Assembly (NCBI GenBank): GCA_036170655.1
Contig: JAVHPP010000064.1
Location: 2,112 to 14,639, forward strand
Direction of reading: 5' to 3'
DNA: 12,528 nucleotides
DNA from: Candidatus Zixiibacteriota bacterium
GTDB taxonomy: Bacteria > Zixibacteria > MSB-5A5 > WJJR01
Part shown: positions 8,534 through 12,528 of the stretch, piece after piece
Layout of the letters: every line of letters starts with the position of its first letter
How positions within the stretch are numbered: position 1 is the first letter of the stretch
Made by a program: the position numbers and the translations under genes
Notes under the pieces: generated by a model
Databases searched by the model: none
The model's input: only the letters and a program-made list of their open reading frames with translations
What the model was told of the DNA's origin: nothing

Positions 8534-10453
8534 TCACCGGACGAAATCAATCAATGAGGGGCTTAGGATGCGTGCCGCCGCGTTCAGCGCGGCCTGGTAA
8601 ACGTTCTGTTGGGTTGCCAGTTCGGTCGTCACCTTGATGATATCGGCGTCTTCGACCTCGGACAACAGCCGGGTGGCTGACAAACTGATGGCCTCAAGAC
8701 GACTGCCCGTCGAATCCATGCGGCGAATCTTGGCGCCAACGGCCGCGCGTGAATCGAGGATGCGGTTGGCTGCCTTCTCGAGACCGCCGATCAGGTTGCC
8801 GACCATTTCCCGGTCGTTCTTCAGAAGCGATTCTGACAGGAGCATCATGTTTCCCAGCAGATCGGGGGATCCCTTGATGCCGAGGGTGACCGCGCCCCCT
8901 CCCGCTGCTTCGTCGGTGATGATGAGCGACTGGTCGCTTGTTGTGGGGACAACTTGTATGCCACGCGCATCGGCGTTCAGCGAGGCCTGAACCTGCAGCC
9001 CGGAAGAATTGATCCGGGAGATCACATCGTCGACGGTGACGGCGGTCGAAAGATCAACGACTGCGAACGTGCTTCCCTGCGCGATGCGAATGCGTCCGAG
9101 GGACACACCGTGCACGCTAAACAGTTCCGCGAGCGGGGTCGTGGTCTTCAATATCGGATCGAGATCGCCGCCATCCATGGTGTTCTTGAAGGAGCCCAGA
9201 ATGCCCAGATCGGACGCCGTGGTTTCTCCGGGTACGTTTTCGGTGACAGAGATCGAGCGAACCGGATTGAGTGGTCCACCCACGAGCTGGGCGTTGACAT
9301 AACCGCGAATTCCCAGTCCCTGTGCCGTGCTTTCACCGGTCGGGTCAATGACTTGCAGACCCAAAGGGGCGCCGTTCGTGTCGTCGATCTGAAAGCCGGT
9401 CCCGCTGCCGTTCAGACTCATCGTCACATTGGCAACACCGGCAGCTGTCATCTGGGCGTTGAATGTCGAGACGACATCACCGACTGTCGTTGCACCCGAC
9501 AGATCAACGTTCACATCAACCGTGAGGTCGTCGGTGGCCACACGAATGACTCCGGGGACAAGATCGATTGACGAAGCTCGATTGATATTGGCCAGTTTCG
9601 TTGCGGCGGAAATCAGCCCATTGTCAGCGGCGGTCAGCCGCACGGCATTGCCGCTGGGGCTGACCGAGGCCGTGACGCCGCTCATGCCGCCAGCAGTGAG
9701 CTGGGCATTGATCGCAGTGATCACATCGCCCACCGTCGCGGCCGCAGACAGATCGACCATCACCGACGTTCCGGTGTTGTCGTCAGTGAAACGCGCCAGG
9801 CCCGGCGTCTGGTCAATGCCGGCGCCATGACGCAGATCGGCCAGTGAAACGACGGGGGTCACACCGCGATTGAGATCGAATTTTTCACCAAGTACCTGCA
9901 GAGGAGCCAGAAACACGTCGGAACCGATGAGATTGACAGCGACTTGCGACGATGCCTCCACCTGCGCGTTGATGAGTCCGTGGTCGCCTTGGTAAACAAC
10001 GCCATTGGGCGTGGCCAGAAATGTCTGCGTTCTGGTCTGATGACCCGAGAAAATGTAACGCCCCTCTTTTTGGGTGTTCCCCGCCTGCAGCATCTGTTCG
10101 AGAAGTGACTTGGCCTCCTCGGCGGCGCTGCGACGTGCCGTGTCATCGTAGGTATCGTTCGCGAGGGACGTTGCCAGTTCGCGCGCGGTAATCAGGAGAT
10201 TTCCAGCCGTGTCCAGAGACTGATCGAATGTGTCGAGGTGGGTTGTCGCCGAAGAGATATTGGCACGATACTGCCCGACTTCGCTGATCAAGGTCCGGTA
10301 AGACAGGTCCCGTGTGATGCCGATCGGATCATCAGAAGGTCGTCCCAGCCGGCGAGACGTGGACATCTGGGACTGAAGTCGCAGTAGCCGCTCGGCCGCC
10401 GCCGACAAATTGGCGGTGGTCTGGTCGGACATCATCTTTTGTGTCACGCGCAC
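8534..10453 (-). CDS. flgL: Flagellar hook-associated protein 3 FlgL, long form (639 aa)
   Basis: N-terminus MRVTQKMM...QMSTSRRLGRPSDDP, then LANDT and GRYIFSG. C-terminus LSEVEDAD...YQAAL..AARILSPSLIDFVR. GTG start with SD GAGGAG. Confidence 0.93.
   Translation of the reverse strand: MRVTQKMMSDQTTANLSAAAERLLRLQSQMSTSRRLGRPSDDPIGITRDLSYRTLISEVGQYRANISSATTHLDTFDQSLDTAGNLLITARELATSLANDTYDDTARRSAAEEAKSLLEQMLQAGNTQKEGRYIFSGHQTRTQTFLATPNGVVYQGDHGLINAQVEASSQVAVNLIGSDVFLAPLQVLGEKFDLNRGVTPVVSLADLRHGAGIDQTPGLARFTDDNTGTSVMVDLSAAATVGDVITAINAQLTAGGMSGVTASVSPSGNAVRLTAADNGLISAATKLANINRASSIDLVPGVIRVATDDLTVDVNVDLSGATTVGDVVSTFNAQMTAAGVANVTMSLNGSGTGFQIDDTNGAPLGLQVIDPTGESTAQGLGIRGYVNAQLVGGPLNPVRSISVTENVPGETTASDLGILGSFKNTMDGGDLDPILKTTTPLAELFSVHGVSLGRIRIAQGSTFAVVDLSTAVTVDDVISRINSSGLQVQASLNADARGIQVVPTTSDQSLIITDEAAGGGAVTLGIKGSPDLLGNMMLLSESLLKNDREMVGNLIGGLEKAANRILDSRAAVGAKIRRMDSTGSRLEAISLSATRLLSEVEDADIIKVTTELATQQNVYQAALNAAARILSPSLIDFVR
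8945..9860 (-). repeat. Three roughly 70-80 aa internal repeats in the FlgL variable region
   Basis: Repeat cores VDLSAAATVGDVITAIN (~9710-9757), VDLSGATTVGDVVSTFN (~9460-9508) and VDLSTAVTVDDVISRIN (~9010-9058). Confidence 0.8.
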
Positions 10454-10641
10454 GGATCAGTCTCCTCACCGTAACAGAATTGCGAATCCACTCCCTTGGG
10501 AGCATCAGTGGCATGTTCGCTATCGGCGCCGCGCTCGCCTTTCTCGGGCTTTGGATGCTCGAGCGCCCGCCGGGCGAAGTTGATGCTGGGGTCGTCGTGA
10601 TTCGCGCTACCGGGATCATGTTTGCGGCGGAACCAGCTCAT
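10444..10641 (-). CDS. Small hydrophilic hypothetical protein (65 aa)
   Basis: ATGA overlap with the csrA stop, SD GGAGGT 5 nt upstream, and a stop that overlaps the flgL start by 10 nt. No recognisable motif. Confidence 0.5.
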   Translation of the reverse strand: MSWFRRKHDPGSANHDDPSINFARRALEHPKPEKGERGADSEHATDAPKGVDSQFCYGEETDPCA

Positions 10642-10991
10642 GAGGCACCTCCCGAAGGCCTGCGTGACATGGCCTGGAGGGACCCCTTCCGGGGTTTGGA
10701 TCGCGGCGCGGACTTGATTTCCACGTTCCCAGAGTCACCCGAGTCTGGGAGATCACCCTTCACTTTTCCTCTGATCAAACGGGCCAAGCCGAAGATGTCG
10801 CCTTTGATCGTATGAGACGCCTTCCGGTTTTCTTCCTTGATCTTCAGATAGACTTCTTCACGATGAACGATCACCTTAATTGGCGCTTCGATACCCAAGC
10901 GGACCTGACGGCCGTACACGCCCAGGACAGTCACTTTGATGTCGTCGCCAATGGTGATGCTCTCGCCCAATTTTCGCGTCAGTATGAGCAT
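10638..10991 (-). CDS. csrA: Carbon storage regulator CsrA, FliW-type with long C-terminal extension (117 aa)
   Basis: [61 protein letters not shown]. Confidence 0.97.
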   Translation of the reverse strand: MLILTRKLGESITIGDDIKVTVLGVYGRQVRLGIEAPIKVIVHREEVYLKIKEENRKASHTIKGDIFGLARLIRGKVKGDLPDSGDSGNVEIKSAPRSKPRKGSLQAMSRRPSGGAS

Positions 10992-11048
10992 CCACCCTCC
11001 TTGGTGTTTGCATCTGATCTGGGGTCATGCCCAGATTCCCTGAAGCAT

Positions 11049-11075
11049 GTATCGGCTTATGCCTGGGGAACTTGA
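11049..11075 (-). promoter_or_regulatory. Sigma-28 (FliA/SigD) promoter of csrA
   Basis: Minus strand reads TCAAG-ttccccaggcataa-GCCGATAC, i.e. TCAA-N15-GCCGATAC against consensus TAAA-N15-GCCGATAA. The -10 element ends 57 nt upstream of the csrA ATG. Confidence 0.82.
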
Positions 11076-11220
11076 ACAAGAGAGGCCAAGACAGACGCTT
11101 TTAGCCCATTGTCGCGGGCAGGAAGCCATACAATGTTTTTTGACAGATGCGACGCCAACAGCGACATTTCGCTTCGACGGTACGGCCACCGGCTTGCCGC
11201 GGAGACAGAGAGCGGATTAG

Positions 11221-12528
11221 ATGAACATCACAGAGCAAAGTCCACTGCCGCGGAAGCGTTCCTGTCCGTCATTGCATCCCGTCCTGTCTTATTTCCGCAC
11301 GATCGTCGTTACCCTTCTCCGGTCAGGTGCAGACCGCCCCGCCGGGGCGCTGGAGCGCGCCGCGCTCCTCCAGTTCGTTTGCGATACGGTTCTTTTCCTC
11401 AGTATGCTGAGGGCCGGCGTCGGGCTGGTGACCGCGCATCTGTCCGCCTTTGCGCTGGCGGCGGGAGCCGCGTACATCTTCTTTATCCGCCAGTCTTTCT
11501 CCGGTTCCATTCGCCGCCGCCATCTGGACGTGGATTTCGCCGGGGGAGCATTGCTCGTGCTATTTCTGCGTGGCGGAGTCCTAGCGGCCTTCGCCCAACA
11601 AACCCCGATGCCCCCCTGGATGACCGTGACGGCAACCGCGCTGGTGACCGCCTGTGCCAGCGCAGGACTTTCGAGTCTGTGGTACGGCATTTGGCGGCGG
11701 ACGCGCGGCAGCGCCTCCCGCCGCCGTCGTGCGACGCTGCTTCTGCTGGTCGTCTATCTCATTACACTGCGACTTGTTTATATTATATCGCCTAATTTGA
11801 TAAGCGAGGAAGCATATTATTGGAACTATTCTCAGCACTTGGCCTTGGGGTATCTTGATCATCCGCCGATGGTCGCCTGGTTGATTCACGCCGGCACGCT
11901 GCTTTTCGGTCAGACGGCATTCGGCGTGCGCATCGGCGCTGTCGCTGCCTGGATCGCGGCGGCCGGGTTTGCCGTGGCACTGGCGCGCGATCTCTTGGGA
12001 CGGATTGCGGGGGCAGGGACGCTGCTGGCGGTCTCGGCCCTGCCGTTTTTTTTCGGCGCCAGCTGCCTGCTGATGCCGGACGCACCGTTGACGGCATGCT
12101 GGGCGGGGGCGTTGTTCTTCCTTGAGCGCGCGCTGTTGCGCGGTCATGCGTGGGCGTGGCTGGGCGCGGGTCTCTGCCTCGGCGCGGGCATGCTCTCGAA
12201 GTACACGATCGCGCTTCTCGTTTTGGGAACAGCCCTTTTTCTTGTCGCCGATCCCGGCTCCCGGCGGTGGTGGCGACGCCCGCAGCCGTATCTAGCCGCT
12301 TTGGCCGCCGCCATACTTTTCTCCCCGGTGGTTTACTGGAATGCAACCCATGGCTGGGCCTCATTCGTGTTTCAGACATCACGACGGCTCACCGCTGATC
12401 CACAGTTCTCACTGCACGTGCTGCTGGGCGAGGCGCTGATCCTACTCACACCAGCCGGGCTTGCCGGCGCGATGGCGATTTGCTACTCAACAGTAGCTGG
12501 AATCCCATCCTTATTCCGTTTGAAATCG
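11221..12528 (+). CDS. Glycosyltransferase family 39 (ArnT/PMT-like, GT-C) membrane protein with probable GtrA-like N-terminal domain, truncated by the window edge
   Basis: Manual translation from ATG 11221 is open for 436 codons to the end. Motifs EEAYYWNYSQHLALGYLDHPPMVAWLI..G..LFG...FGVR, MPDAP, GMLSKYT, FSPVVYWNATHGWASFVFQ, with many hydrophobic segments. An in-frame TAG lies immediately before the ATG. Exact start is uncertain. Confidence 0.88.
   Translation, partial: MNITEQSPLPRKRSCPSLHPVLSYFRTIVVTLLRSGADRPAGALERAALLQFVCDTVLFLSMLRAGVGLVTAHLSAFALAAGAAYIFFIRQSFSGSIRRRHLDVDFAGGALLVLFLRGGVLAAFAQQTPMPPWMTVTATALVTACASAGLSSLWYGIWRRTRGSASRRRRATLLLLVVYLITLRLVYIISPNLISEEAYYWNYSQHLALGYLDHPPMVAWLIHAGTLLFGQTAFGVRIGAVAAWIAAAGFAVALARDLLGRIAGAGTLLAVSALPFFFGASCLLMPDAPLTACWAGALFFLERALLRGHAWAWLGAGLCLGAGMLSKYTIALLVLGTALFLVADPGSRRWWRRPQPYLAALAAAILFSPVVYWNATHGWASFVFQTSRRLTADPQFSLHVLLGEALILLTPAGLAGAMAICYSTVAGIPSLFRLKS

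Noticed and set aside
8512..8550. Upstream TTG start for fliW
   Set aside because: It overlaps the flgL end and has no clear SD. ATG 8511 gives a more typical length.
8534..10453. Calling this gene a flagellin (fliC)
   Set aside because: The termini (MRVT, PSDDP, GRYIFSG, YQAAL, SLIDFVR) are FlgL-type rather than FliC-type.
11109..11134. Sigma-70 promoter TTGTCG-N14-TACAAT for the GT39 gene
   Set aside because: The -10 element is good but a 14-nt spacer is too short, so it is not supported well enough to call.
11109..11795. 228-aa plus-strand ORF, and minus-strand ORFs between 11289 and 12382
   Set aside because: Arg/Pro-rich off-frame translations overlapping the GT39 reading frame.
11752..11835. 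AT-rich patch inside the GT39 gene as a foreign insertion
   Set aside because: The frame is intact, and the composition is explained by Tyr/Ile/Leu/Asn codons leading into the conserved motif.
12046..12053. T8 run in the GT39 gene as a phase-variation tract
   Set aside because: It is in frame, short, and encodes Phe-Phe-Phe in a hydrophobic segment.

Overview
GC-rich bacterial window holding a minus-strand flagellar regulation and glycosylation locus. A near-consensus sigma-28 (FliA/SigD) promoter precedes csrA (with a long C-terminal tail), a translationally coupled 65-aa orphan ORF, an unusually long flgL with three internal repeats, and fliW. These are followed by two large TPR-glycosyltransferases (TPR-GT4-degenerate GT2-GT-B-like; and TPR-GT2-TPR) and two class I SAM methyltransferases, ending at a REP-like double hairpin. 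A divergent plus-strand GT39/ArnT-PMT membrane glycosyltransferase with a probable GtrA-like N-terminus is absent from the ORF track and runs off the right edge. flgK and flagellin are not in the window. The most notable points are the csrA-first gene order, clustered GGA motifs in leaders suggesting CsrA control of glycosylation genes, and a GT2 domain that appears to have lost its catalytic motifs. All calls come from reading motifs by eye; no searches were run.
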